In this document: piece by piece, positions 1 to 8,408 of the stretch
Position numbering within the stretch: position 1 is the stretch's first letter
Layout of the letters: every line of letters starts with the position of its first letter
Assembly (NCBI GenBank): GCA_947258545.1
Contig: CAMYJI010000003.1
Coordinates: forward strand, 37,231 to 101,230
Direction of reading: 5' to 3'
From: an uncultured Ectothiorhodospiraceae bacterium
Lineage (GTDB): Bacteria > Pseudomonadota > Gammaproteobacteria > UBA9214
Length of the DNA: 64,000 bases
Notes under the pieces: model-generated
The model's input: the letters and a program-made list of their open reading frames with translations, nothing else
Databases searched by the model: none
What the model was told of the DNA's origin: nothing
Program-made: the position numbers and the translations under genes

Positions 1-59
1 GGTATTCCTGACTGTGAGCGAAACAGGCTACCGGGTACTGCCTCTGCCGATGGGGGGCC

Positions 60-974
60 TTATTCTTCTAACTCCTCACCGCCGAGTGCCTTGAGCAGTT
101 GCGGCAGAAATTCCGCCAACTCCAGGATCATCAGCGAGAAATCGAGGTCGAAGCGGCTTGCCGGGTCGTCGACCTCGGTGTCGCCCTCGGCCTCCCGGAT
201 GACGTCCTCAAAACGCAGGCGCTTGAGCGACAGATCATCGTGCAGCACGCAGGACAGGCGCTGCTTCCAGCGGATGGCGAGACGGGCCGCGTATTTACCG
301 CCCTTGATATGATTGCGAACCTCGCTGGACGCCAGGTCCTGATGTTTGCAGCTGACAATACCGTGATTCGGATCGGGGTGCTTGAGTTCGCACTCCTCCC
401 CCAGCTCGAGGCCCGGCGGCAGGCGGCGGTCGCCATTCAGCCACTGGGTCATGGTATTCATGCAGGAGCGCTTCACCTGGACCGGCGTGGCCTTGAAGCT
501 CCCCAGGGACGAGCGGACCTGGCTGATCAGGTCCTCGGCACGGGACGGGGTGGACGTATCCACCACTACATAGCCTGCGCGGGTGTCGATATAGGCGAAC
601 AGGTCGGTGTTGCGGGTCAGCGCGCGCGGCAGCAGATCGACCATGATCTCGTCCTTCAGACGAAGCTTCTCCCGCCGGTAGACATCACGCGACTCGGCGG
701 CCTCCACCTCCGCCACCCTGTCGTCGAGCAACTGCTTCACGACACTCGCGGGAATGATCTTCTCGGCCTTGCGCGAACAGATCATGAAGTAACCGTTGGC
801 GGCGTGCACCAGCTGCTCGCCATGCCGGCCCAGGGGCGGCACCCAGCCACTGGCCGCCAGGTCCATGCGGCGGCATCCCTGGAAGGTCTGTTTCTGGAGG
901 CGTTTATCCAGCGCTTCTGCCGAGAGATCAAACGGTTGGCCAAGCCGGTATAACTGAAGGTTCCTGAACCACAT
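60..974 (-). CDS. rdgC: Recombination-associated protein RdgC
   Basis: Track ORF 60..1019(-). The internal Met at 974 gives N-terminus MWFRNLQLYRL, the conserved RdgC start, and a family-typical length of ~304 aa. The upstream 15 codons are judged an ORF-finder extension. Confidence 0.9.
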   Translation of the reverse strand: MWFRNLQLYRLGQPFDLSAEALDKRLQKQTFQGCRRMDLAASGWVPPLGRHGEQLVHAANGYFMICSRKAEKIIPASVVKQLLDDRVAEVEAAESRDVYRREKLRLKDEIMVDLLPRALTRNTDLFAYIDTRAGYVVVDTSTPSRAEDLISQVRSSLGSFKATPVQVKRSCMNTMTQWLNGDRRLPPGLELGEECELKHPDPNHGIVSCKHQDLASSEVRNHIKGGKYAARLAIRWKQRLSCVLHDDLSLKRLRFEDVIREAEGDTEVDDPASRFDLDFSLMILELAEFLPQLLKALGGEELEE

Positions 975-1117
975 GTGAGCACCCCGAAAAAAGCGCCACA
1001 TTATGGGCAAAGACGCCATGACCCGCCAGCGCTTTTTCCCGACAGCAGGGTGCTGCCGGCCAGATCACGGCGGCCGTTTCTATGCCAGACGCCGGCACAG
1101 CCGGCGGGTCGTATCGG

Positions 1118-1912
1118 CTATTGGTCCGGCGCGAAGGTCGCTTCGAAAAGCTCCAGCGATGCCTGCCAGGAATCGGCATCGGCAGCGGCATCATAGGCCA
1201 GTGGCAGGCCGAAGCGTTCACCGAACCGATCAGCCTCCGGATTGGTGAAACTGTGCCTCGCACCCGGGTAGTTGATGAAGGTGTAGTCGGCACCCGCCGC
1301 GTCCATCTCCGCCTTGAAGGCATTGATCTGCTCGGAGCTGACAAACGGATCGTCGGCACCGTTGGCCACCAGGATCCGTGCCTTGACCTTTCCCGCCTCT
1401 GCCCGGGAGCCACCCCCAAGGCTGCCGTGGAAACTCACCACCGCGTCCAGGTCGAGCCCCTGGCGCGCCATCTCCAGCACCACCCCGCCACCGAAACAAT
1501 AACCGATCGCTGCGTTTGACTCCGGATCGACCGTGGGGTGGCGGTTGAGAAATTCACGCGCGGCCTCGAAGCGTGATCGCATCTGCGGCAGGTTCTGGCG
1601 TACCGCACCGGCAAACTTGCCGGCATCGTCGGGATGATCAGCGGTCTTGCCGTCACCGTACATGTCCACGGCCAGCGCGGTATAACCCAGGGCGGCAAGC
1701 CGCTCGGCACGTTTGCGGGCATAGTCATTGTGGCCCCACCATTCATGCACCACCAGGATACCGGGGCGCCTGCCCTCCATGGAAGCATCGTAGGCGATAT
1801 AACCCTTGAGCGTGGTATCACCGGCCTGGTAACTCACTTCCTCGCCGACAAGGGAGGCCTGAGTCGAAAGACTGAACAACATCAGCACTAAAATCGGGAT
1901 CGCTCGAAACAT
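1118..1912 (-). CDS. Dienelactone hydrolase family protein (exported)
   Basis: 264-aa ORF with signal-like N-terminus MFRAIPILVLMLFSLSTQA. Motifs VVHEWWGHN and the G-x-C-x-G nucleophile elbow (GYCFGG) are typical of the DLH alpha/beta hydrolase family. Confidence 0.8.
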   Translation of the reverse strand: MFRAIPILVLMLFSLSTQASLVGEEVSYQAGDTTLKGYIAYDASMEGRRPGILVVHEWWGHNDYARKRAERLAALGYTALAVDMYGDGKTADHPDDAGKFAGAVRQNLPQMRSRFEAAREFLNRHPTVDPESNAAIGYCFGGGVVLEMARQGLDLDAVVSFHGSLGGGSRAEAGKVKARILVANGADDPFVSSEQINAFKAEMDAAGADYTFINYPGARHSFTNPEADRFGERFGLPLAYDAAADADSWQASLELFEATFAPDQ

Positions 1913-2028
1913 AGCTATCTCCTGGAGTAACTGTACCCCTGCGTTAAAAGGTGACAGCGTCGTGACCTGTCAGGTGATCGGCAGATCCCGGCATACACCA
2001 TAGAGATTATAGACCGCATTACAGGATG

Positions 2029-2937
2029 TTATTCGAGAAATTCGTCGTCCTCTAACGACTCACACAGGAAATCCAGGTTGTTATGAATCGCCGACAACGC
2101 AGCAATATAGAACGCCAACGCCTGCCGATCATCGTTTGTCAATTGCATGCAAGCGGTGCCCAGCACCTCCATCATCAGTCCGCTCGTGTAGCAACCATCG
2201 GGCCGTTCCCCGGTAGACAGAAATCTGTCCAGCTCCTCTCTCGTCCAGCGACCGATACCCGTCTCTTCATCCGCGGTAATGTTGGGCACCCTCACTCCTT
2301 CCGGACCGGAACAGGTGCCGGCCAAGTAACGATCGCTGCGCGGTGTGCCCAGAAATCCGCGCGGGGTATGACATTCGCTGCAGTGCCCTAGCGCTGTGGC
2401 CAGATAGGCACCCCGGTTCCATTCTGGCGACCTTGCCGGATCAAAAACGGCCACCCCCGGCGTGAAACGTCCCTGTTTCCAGTGAATGATTAGTCCCCGT
2501 AAGGACAGCGGCCACTGTACATCATGCACTTGGCTTTGCCGCGAGGATTTCGACCATGTCATCAGGTAGGCATACAGGGCGCGCATGTCCTGGCGCGTCA
2601 TCCGGGTATACGAGGTATAGGGGAAGGCGGGATAATAATGTCGGCCACCGGGGTCAAGACCCATCCGCAAGGCACGGATTAAGTCCTCCTCTGACCAGCG
2701 CCCGATCCCCCGTTCCCGGTGCGGTGTAATATTGGGGGGATAGAAGATGCCATACGGTGTGACTATCGGCCGCCCCCCGGCCAGGCTCCGGTCACCGCGA
2801 TGGCACGAGACACAACCGGCCGCCTGAAAAACATATCTGCCCTGCTCGACCAGCTCCGCGCTGGCCAACAGCTCGCCAGTGACAGACAGCCCGGCAAGCA
2901 GAACAAGCAATACATGCACCCCCCCAACGGCGCGCAC
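2029..2937 (-). CDS. Dihaem c-type cytochrome
   Basis: Two CXXCH haem motifs (CVSCH, CSECH). The maximal ORF runs to 3033. An in-frame GTG at 2937 would give the signal peptide M-RAVGGVHVLLVLLAGLSVTGELLASA, so the start is uncertain. Confidence 0.75.
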   Translation of the reverse strand: MRAVGGVHVLLVLLAGLSVTGELLASAELVEQGRYVFQAAGCVSCHRGDRSLAGGRPIVTPYGIFYPPNITPHRERGIGRWSEEDLIRALRMGLDPGGRHYYPAFPYTSYTRMTRQDMRALYAYLMTWSKSSRQSQVHDVQWPLSLRGLIIHWKQGRFTPGVAVFDPARSPEWNRGAYLATALGHCSECHTPRGFLGTPRSDRYLAGTCSGPEGVRVPNITADEETGIGRWTREELDRFLSTGERPDGCYTSGLMMEVLGTACMQLTNDDRQALAFYIAALSAIHNNLDFLCESLEDDEFLE

Positions 2938-3268
2938 GGCATCCGGAAACTGTATAGCGTGGCGGGGTTTACGGCATCCTTCGGAAGAGACAAACAATTC
3001 CCGCCACCAGAAGCTGCCACAACTGAAAATCATTTGTGTCTATCACACATCCGTTGAGTATTTATCACACGTCCTATAGTTTAAAATAGCACCAACAGGG
3101 GACCCTTGCATGGAGCCCAATTCCCCGGTACAAAGCCGTAAACGTCTAGTGGTGCAATGCAAAAAAGGCAGACAACGCCTGCATGACAAGACCACTGCCA
3201 TGCGTGGATATCCACTATTAGAATGACATCTGCCCGAATGATGATCTTTCAGCAATCAGGAGAGCCCT

Positions 3269-3493
3269 ATGAGTGAAACCCTCATGATATTACCTGCCAG
3301 GGATTCCAGCGCCATCCGCCTGGTCCGGGTGCCCGATGACTTTGAGCAGCACGAGGTCTACCGCCATGTGACGGGGCTAATCGCACAGGTCGAGGAGGAA
3401 AACCCGGACTATGACTGGGACGACATCGCGCCCATCCTGGAGGACCGTGGTTTCGAAGCCGTAGAATTCATTCTTGGACCCGCACTCGACTGA
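3269..3493 (+). CDS. Hypothetical small acidic protein, co-oriented with greB
   Basis: 74-aa ORF preceded by AGGAGA at 3258-3263. Its stop lies 11 nt before the greB ATG. No family recognised. Confidence 0.5.
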   Translation: MSETLMILPARDSSAIRLVRVPDDFEQHEVYRHVTGLIAQVEEENPDYDWDDIAPILEDRGFEAVEFILGPALD

Positions 3494-3504
3494 ATCCGCC
3501 CCTC

Positions 3505-4005
3505 ATGGGACGCTATCGCCCGCCAACCCCAAAGTCCTCCCCCTATATCACCCTGGAGGGGTACCGGATTCTGCAGGATGAACTCAAGCTCATCTGGAAA
3601 CGCCGTGACCAGGTGACCCGGGCACTGACGGCCGCGGCGGCGGAAGGCGACCGCTCGGAGAATGCCGAATATATCTACCGCAAAAAGGAACTCCGCGAGA
3701 TCGACCGGCGCATCCGTTACCTGCAGAAACGGGTCCCGGACCTGAAGGTGGTATCCGAGCCGCCATCCGATCTCTCACGGGTTTTTTTCGGCGCCTGGAT
3801 CACCCTGGAAGACGAGGACGGCGTGGAGGTGGTCTATCGCATCGTCGGGGCCGACGAATTCGACCCCGTGAGGGGTTGGATCAGCATGGACTCACCGATG
3901 GCAAGGGCCCTGATGAAAAAGACCCTGGATGATGAGATTCGGGTAGACACGCCCAACGGGACGATCTGCTACACCGTCATTGGGGTGCAGTACAGCGCCC
4001 CCTGA
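3505..4005 (+). CDS. greB: Transcription elongation factor GreB
   Basis: 166 aa. The N-terminal segment YITLEGYRILQDELKLIW...RSENAEY and the C-terminal Gre domain (ISMDSPMARALMKK) match the GreA/GreB family. The basic N-terminal extension favours GreB. Confidence 0.88.
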   Translation: MGRYRPPTPKSSPYITLEGYRILQDELKLIWKRRDQVTRALTAAAAEGDRSENAEYIYRKKELREIDRRIRYLQKRVPDLKVVSEPPSDLSRVFFGAWITLEDEDGVEVVYRIVGADEFDPVRGWISMDSPMARALMKKTLDDEIRVDTPNGTICYTVIGVQYSAP

Positions 4006-4277
4006 TGGGCAACGTGATGACCTGCTGTTGATGGCACCCATGACCTGACAGGAGTGAATCGGCCAGCAATTCGGCATTCAGTAGTGGCACGCCCGGGTAG
4101 ATGAAGACACGATCAAGGATTTTCTCATTTCCATATCAGACATTCCGAACCGGCTGGTCAATCTCCGGTCACTGCCCCAGTGTCACCCTTCATAGCCTGC
4201 CCGATCGGCAACAAGCCTCCTGCAGGCGCCACCATCACGCAATATATGTAGTCAGGCGTTCAAAAATGCAGGTTTAC

Positions 4278-4291
4278 TTGATTTAGATCAA
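4278..4291 (+). promoter_or_regulatory. Perfect FNR/Anr-type box TTGAT-N4-ATCAA
   Basis: The sequence TTGATTTAGATCAA is read directly. It matches the CRP/FNR-family consensus half-sites exactly and lies ~120 nt upstream of the small ORF at 4405. Confidence 0.45.
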
Positions 4292-4404
4292 GTTCTGGCC
4301 TCAGCTGCATCACCCGGCTGGGCTATGCTTAAGTACATGGACTGGACAGGTTTCGGCACAGCGTTTAGGTGTGCCGAGACTGAAAGTTCAAGTAGGGTGT
4401 TGAC

Positions 4405-4599
4405 ATGAAAGAACGCAGAAAAATAGAACGGCGCAATTTCACTGCGGAATCAGCCAATGTGTCCAGGTTCAGGAAGGGCAAGATATTCAATGCCGATCAA
4501 CGCCGGATCCCGGACCGGCGCCTGAATAATATTACGGTCGAATATATCTCGATCGACGATTTCTACCTGGCAAACACCAATACCGTCTATCATTCCTGA
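4405..4599 (+). CDS. Hypothetical small basic protein
   Basis: 64-aa ORF rich in ERR/DRR motifs. GC is lower than its surroundings and the SD is weak. No family recognised. Confidence 0.35.
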   Translation: MKERRKIERRNFTAESANVSRFRKGKIFNADQRRIPDRRLNNITVEYISIDDFYLANTNTVYHS

Positions 4600-4731
4600 T
4601 CCCCCCGGCCACATGAACGCCGCAGCGGCACGCGCATCCGTACGCGTGACGCACGGCTATTCGGCAGATGGCCCGACAGGTATACTGATGATTTTCCGGT
4701 ACAGGCAAATCGTCTGCAGGCGACATAAACC

Positions 4732-5841
4732 ATGGGCATGCACAAAGGACCTTCCGACTACTCCCACGACTCGATCCCGACCACCGGGATCCTCATCACC
4801 AACCTGGGGACACCGGACGACCCGACGCCCGCGGCCGTACGCCGCTATCTGAAGGAATTTCTCTGGGATCCCCGCGTGGTCGAGATACCCCGGCCGGTCT
4901 GGTGGCTCATTTTGCATGCCATTGTGCTGACCGCACGCCCCCGCAAGTCCGCCCATGCCTACACAAAGATCTGGAGCGACGACGGATCGCCATTGATGGC
5001 CTTTTCAAAACGACAGCGCGATGCCCTGCAGAAATCACTGGAGACACGCATCAAGGGGCCGGTAAAGGTTGCCCTGGGCATGCGCTATGGCAATCCCTCC
5101 ATCGCCTCGGCACTGGAGGAATTGCATGCAGGCAACACCCGGCAAATCCTGGTGTTCCCGCTTTACCCGCAGCACTCAGCTGCAACAACCGCCTCCACCC
5201 TGGACGCGGTGGCAACGACACTGCAGAAATGGCGCCAGGTGCCGGACCTGAGATTAATCGCGCAGTACCACGACCAGCCCGGTTACATCGGCGCCGTAGC
5301 CAACAGCATTCGGCATTTTTGGGACAGGCACGTCAAACCCGAACGGCTGCTGTTCTCGTTTCACGGCATGCCCAGGCGCACCCTGCTGGCGGGAGATCCC
5401 TACCACTGTCAATGCCAGAAAACCGCACGCCTGGTCGCCGAACAACTCGGGCTTGATAATGACGAATGGAGCGTGGCCTTCCAGTCCCTGTTTGGTCGCG
5501 AGGAATGGTTACGCCCCTATGCCAACGAAACACTTGAACAGCTGGGCAAGCAGGGACTGAAAAGCGTCCACGTGGTATGTCCGGGGTTTTCCGTCGACTG
5601 TCTGGAAACACTGGAAGAAATGGCACTGCAGAACAAGGAGGTCTTTCAGCAGGCCGGCGGGGGTGATTACCGCTACATCCCTGCACTCAATGATGACCCG
5701 GAACACATCAGCGCACTCACTGACATCGTCATGCAAAACATCGCCGGGTGGCCAGGCATCGATGTCTGGGACGCGGATGCCGTCAGGCTCGAGGCCGAAC
5801 AGTGCAGCCGTCGCGCAGCTGCCATGGGCGCCGAACACTAA
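4732..5841 (+). CDS. hemH: Ferrochelatase
   Basis: The N-terminal stretch TGILITNLGTPDDPTPAAVRRYLKEFLWDPRVVE and the segment LVFPLYPQHSAATT are classic HemH. Start could be 4732 or 4738. Confidence 0.92.
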   Translation: MGMHKGPSDYSHDSIPTTGILITNLGTPDDPTPAAVRRYLKEFLWDPRVVEIPRPVWWLILHAIVLTARPRKSAHAYTKIWSDDGSPLMAFSKRQRDALQKSLETRIKGPVKVALGMRYGNPSIASALEELHAGNTRQILVFPLYPQHSAATTASTLDAVATTLQKWRQVPDLRLIAQYHDQPGYIGAVANSIRHFWDRHVKPERLLFSFHGMPRRTLLAGDPYHCQCQKTARLVAEQLGLDNDEWSVAFQSLFGREEWLRPYANETLEQLGKQGLKSVHVVCPGFSVDCLETLEEMALQNKEVFQQAGGGDYRYIPALNDDPEHISALTDIVMQNIAGWPGIDVWDADAVRLEAEQCSRRAAAMGAEH

Positions 5842-6193
5842 TTCATAAATTGCTAATAAAAACTGTTTTTATCAAAAAACCCGTAACACCTCGCCTCATC
5901 ATTGAAATAAATTCACAACCTATAAAACAAAATAATATTAGACATCCGATTTACCCCCCTACCCCGGTCATGTAAGATGATAATTCAGAAGATAAAAAAT
6001 ATTATAGTAAATTAGAAATCGAATCATAATTATTAAGATTCGCTTTTCTACTATTATTTAAGCGCGAAATTAATCTCTCTATTCATTATCTCTATAGTTT
6101 TTCCTTCATTAATTCTGCTAATATCTTTAGCTATTCGACCGGCACAACCTTCAACGGGCCGCCGCAAGCAACATTACAGAAGAGGGATAATCG
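5842..6193. other. Strongly AT-rich intergenic island
   Basis: About 350 nt dominated by A/T runs, in sharp contrast to the GC-rich flanks. No ORF and no recognisable RNA. Confidence 0.6.
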
Positions 6194-6643
6194 ATGCGTA
6201 AACAACAGCACCATCTGGTCATACTCTGTACCCTGCTAGGTAACATGTTCGTAAGCGGCAACGTGTTCGCCGAAGCGGCCGGCAATCCCGACACACGCCA
6301 GGAGCAGCTTGTCTGGGTGGAGACCATTGAACGCAACGGATTCGCTGGACAGGTACCCACGGTGGATCCGCTGCAGCTTGCCGAACACATCGAGAGGCTG
6401 CGCAACGAGCTCCTCCAGCACCAGCAGCAGTTCACCAGGACGGTCGAGGAGACCCGGCTGGGTGCCGGTGATGCCGTCATCACGGCCATTATGCCTGGCG
6501 GCCTGCTCTATGCAGGTTATAGAAAACGCGCGCATAAACTCGCAAAAAACAACCTGGCCACAGTCACGGATGATATCGAGGCACTGACACACGACCTGGA
6601 GGCATCCCGAAGCCTGTCCAGCACGGTCGCGCAACTGGATTGA
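6194..6643 (+). CDS. Hypothetical exported protein
   Basis: 149-aa ORF with signal-like N-terminus (LVILCTLLGNMFVSGNVFA), a purine-rich SD region, and a strong terminator downstream. Confidence 0.55.
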   Translation: MRKQQHHLVILCTLLGNMFVSGNVFAEAAGNPDTRQEQLVWVETIERNGFAGQVPTVDPLQLAEHIERLRNELLQHQQQFTRTVEETRLGAGDAVITAIMPGGLLYAGYRKRAHKLAKNNLATVTDDIEALTHDLEASRSLSSTVAQLD

Positions 6644-6667
6644 TCGCACCGACCCGCCTGCAGTCAT

Positions 6668-6700
6668 AAAAAACCCCGTCCAGGTGACGGGGTTTTTTTA
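6668..6700. terminator. Rho-independent terminator, possibly bidirectional
   Basis: AAAAAACCCCGTC-CAGGT-GACGGGGTTTTTTT: a GC stem flanked by an A-run and a T-run, lying between convergent genes. Confidence 0.75.
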
Positions 6701-6864
6701 CGGTCGAATCAGCAGAGGTAACTTTTTGATACGGCGCGAGGCTGCCTGCAATCGATTCACTTCATTCAGAAATCGATTACCGGCCTGGCCCAATTGTCGC
6801 GCATATCCACGACTCGGGGATTGATGAGTCGGCCAGCGCGGTGTACACAGGGCCATTCCGCGTT

Positions 6865-7263
6865 TTAATCGTCGTCCGCCCCCTGCTTCCCGCCCAGGAG
6901 CCCCTTGAGATGGGCAAACGGGTTGTGTGTGACATCCGGTCCGCTGCCATCACCTGCCTTGCTTTCCCCGCCTGTGACCTTGTCCAGGTAACGGGCGTGT
7001 TCGTTGTCGTGGCAGTACAGGCACAGGAGTTCCCAGTTGCTGCCGTCCGCAGGATTGTTGTCATGGTTGTGGTCGCGGTGATGAACCGTGAGTTCATGCA
7101 GGTTGGCACGGGTAAATTCGCGGCTGCAGCGCCCACAGATCCACGGGTAGAGCTTGAGCGCCTGCTCCCGGTAGCCCTGCTCGCGCTGTTCCCGGTTGCG
7201 CCGCGCCTCGGCAACGATGTGGTCCAGTTTGGCACTGCCTGTCTGGGTCTTGCTGCCTGCCAT
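6865..7263 (-). CDS. yajD: HNH endonuclease family protein YajD
   Basis: The segment YREQALKLYPWICGRCSREF...LTVHHRDHNHDNNPADGSNWELLCLYCHDNEH closely parallels E. coli YajD. Start placed at the Met at 7263 (MAGSKTQ). Confidence 0.85.
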   Translation of the reverse strand: MAGSKTQTGSAKLDHIVAEARRNREQREQGYREQALKLYPWICGRCSREFTRANLHELTVHHRDHNHDNNPADGSNWELLCLYCHDNEHARYLDKVTGGESKAGDGSGPDVTHNPFAHLKGLLGGKQGADDD

Positions 7264-7347
7264 AAAACTGCTCCCGGGCGGTTGTCTCCCTGCAAGCTTA
7301 CAAGGATGGCCCCCAAGATCAATACCATTCAACCCGTAAACGGGCAG

Positions 7348-7767
7348 TTATTCTTCGCGCGTTACCTTGCGTCGCATCAGCTTGTCCCTGCCGCGCCGGG
7401 TCTTCTCATCGAGGCGCCTTTCACGTGACTTGCGGGTCGGTCGGGTCGGCCGGCGTTTTTTTGGAATGACTGCGACGCCCCTTACCAGTGCCTGCAGCCG
7501 TTGCAGGGCCTCCTCCCGGTTTTTTTCCCGGGTCCGGTAGCGCTGTGCCTTGATCACGATGACGCCCTCCTTGCTGATGCGCTGATCTCTCAGCTTCAGC
7601 AGACGTTCCTTGTAGAACGCAGGCAGCGATGACGCGCCGATATCGAAGCGCAGGTGGACGGCACTGGAAACCTTGTTGACATTCTGCCCCCCGGCACCCT
7701 GCGCACGAATGGCACTGATCTCGATCTCGCTGGCGGGAATGGTGACGTGGGTGGAAATCTTCAGCAT
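7348..7767 (-). CDS. arfB: Alternative ribosome-rescue factor ArfB (peptidyl-tRNA hydrolase)
   Basis: GGQ motif ([21 protein letters not shown]) plus a basic C-terminal tail ([17 protein letters not shown]). Start at MLKISTHV. Confidence 0.88.
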   Translation of the reverse strand: MLKISTHVTIPASEIEISAIRAQGAGGQNVNKVSSAVHLRFDIGASSLPAFYKERLLKLRDQRISKEGVIVIKAQRYRTREKNREEALQRLQALVRGVAVIPKKRRPTRPTRKSRERRLDEKTRRGRDKLMRRKVTREE

Positions 7768-7835
7768 GCAATCAACCGGGTAATCACCCACAACATACAG
7801 CGGCTTCGATTGGCATCGCTGTCAGGAGTCCGCAT

Positions 7836-8276
7836 TCAGGCGCGTGCGTGTGCCTCGGTCCAGCGCACGATATCCTGCAGGCCCATTGCGCCGGGCTGGC
7901 GGACGAGTTCACGCCCGTGCCGAAACAGGACCAGGGTCGGAATGCTGCGGATACTGAACTGGCTGGCAATGCCCTGTTCATTCTCGGTGTTGAGCTTGGC
8001 CAGCCGCACCCGCGGCTCGAGCTGCGCCGCTGCCTGCTCAAAGGCCGGGGCCATCATCTTGCAGGGCCCGCACCAGGGCGCCCAGAAATCAACCAGCACC
8101 GGCACCTCGTTGCGGGTGATCTGCTTCTGGAAGTTATTGGAAGTCAATTCCAGCGGATGGGCGTCAAACAGGGGTTGGTGACACTTACCGCACTGCGGTG
8201 ACTCCGCAAGCCGCGCCGCCGGGATCCGGTTTACGGCCCCGCAAGGGGCACACACGATATGCAGTGAATCACTCAT
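7836..8276 (-). CDS. trxC: Thioredoxin 2 (TrxC)
   Basis: N-terminal zinc-finger cysteines (CAPCG...CGKCH) followed by a thioredoxin fold with the WCGPC motif. Confidence 0.88.
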   Translation of the reverse strand: MSDSLHIVCAPCGAVNRIPAARLAESPQCGKCHQPLFDAHPLELTSNNFQKQITRNEVPVLVDFWAPWCGPCKMMAPAFEQAAAQLEPRVRLAKLNTENEQGIASQFSIRSIPTLVLFRHGRELVRQPGAMGLQDIVRWTEAHARA

Positions 8277-8408
8277 GCGCCTATTGTACCTGCCTGAAAA
8301 CAATAATTAACCCTCACGCAGCATTGCCACGCGGCCATCCCGCTGGCAGGATTTTTGCTGTCAAATCATCTACTATGGCGCCCCTTTTCTATTACCCGAG
8401 GATGCCCG

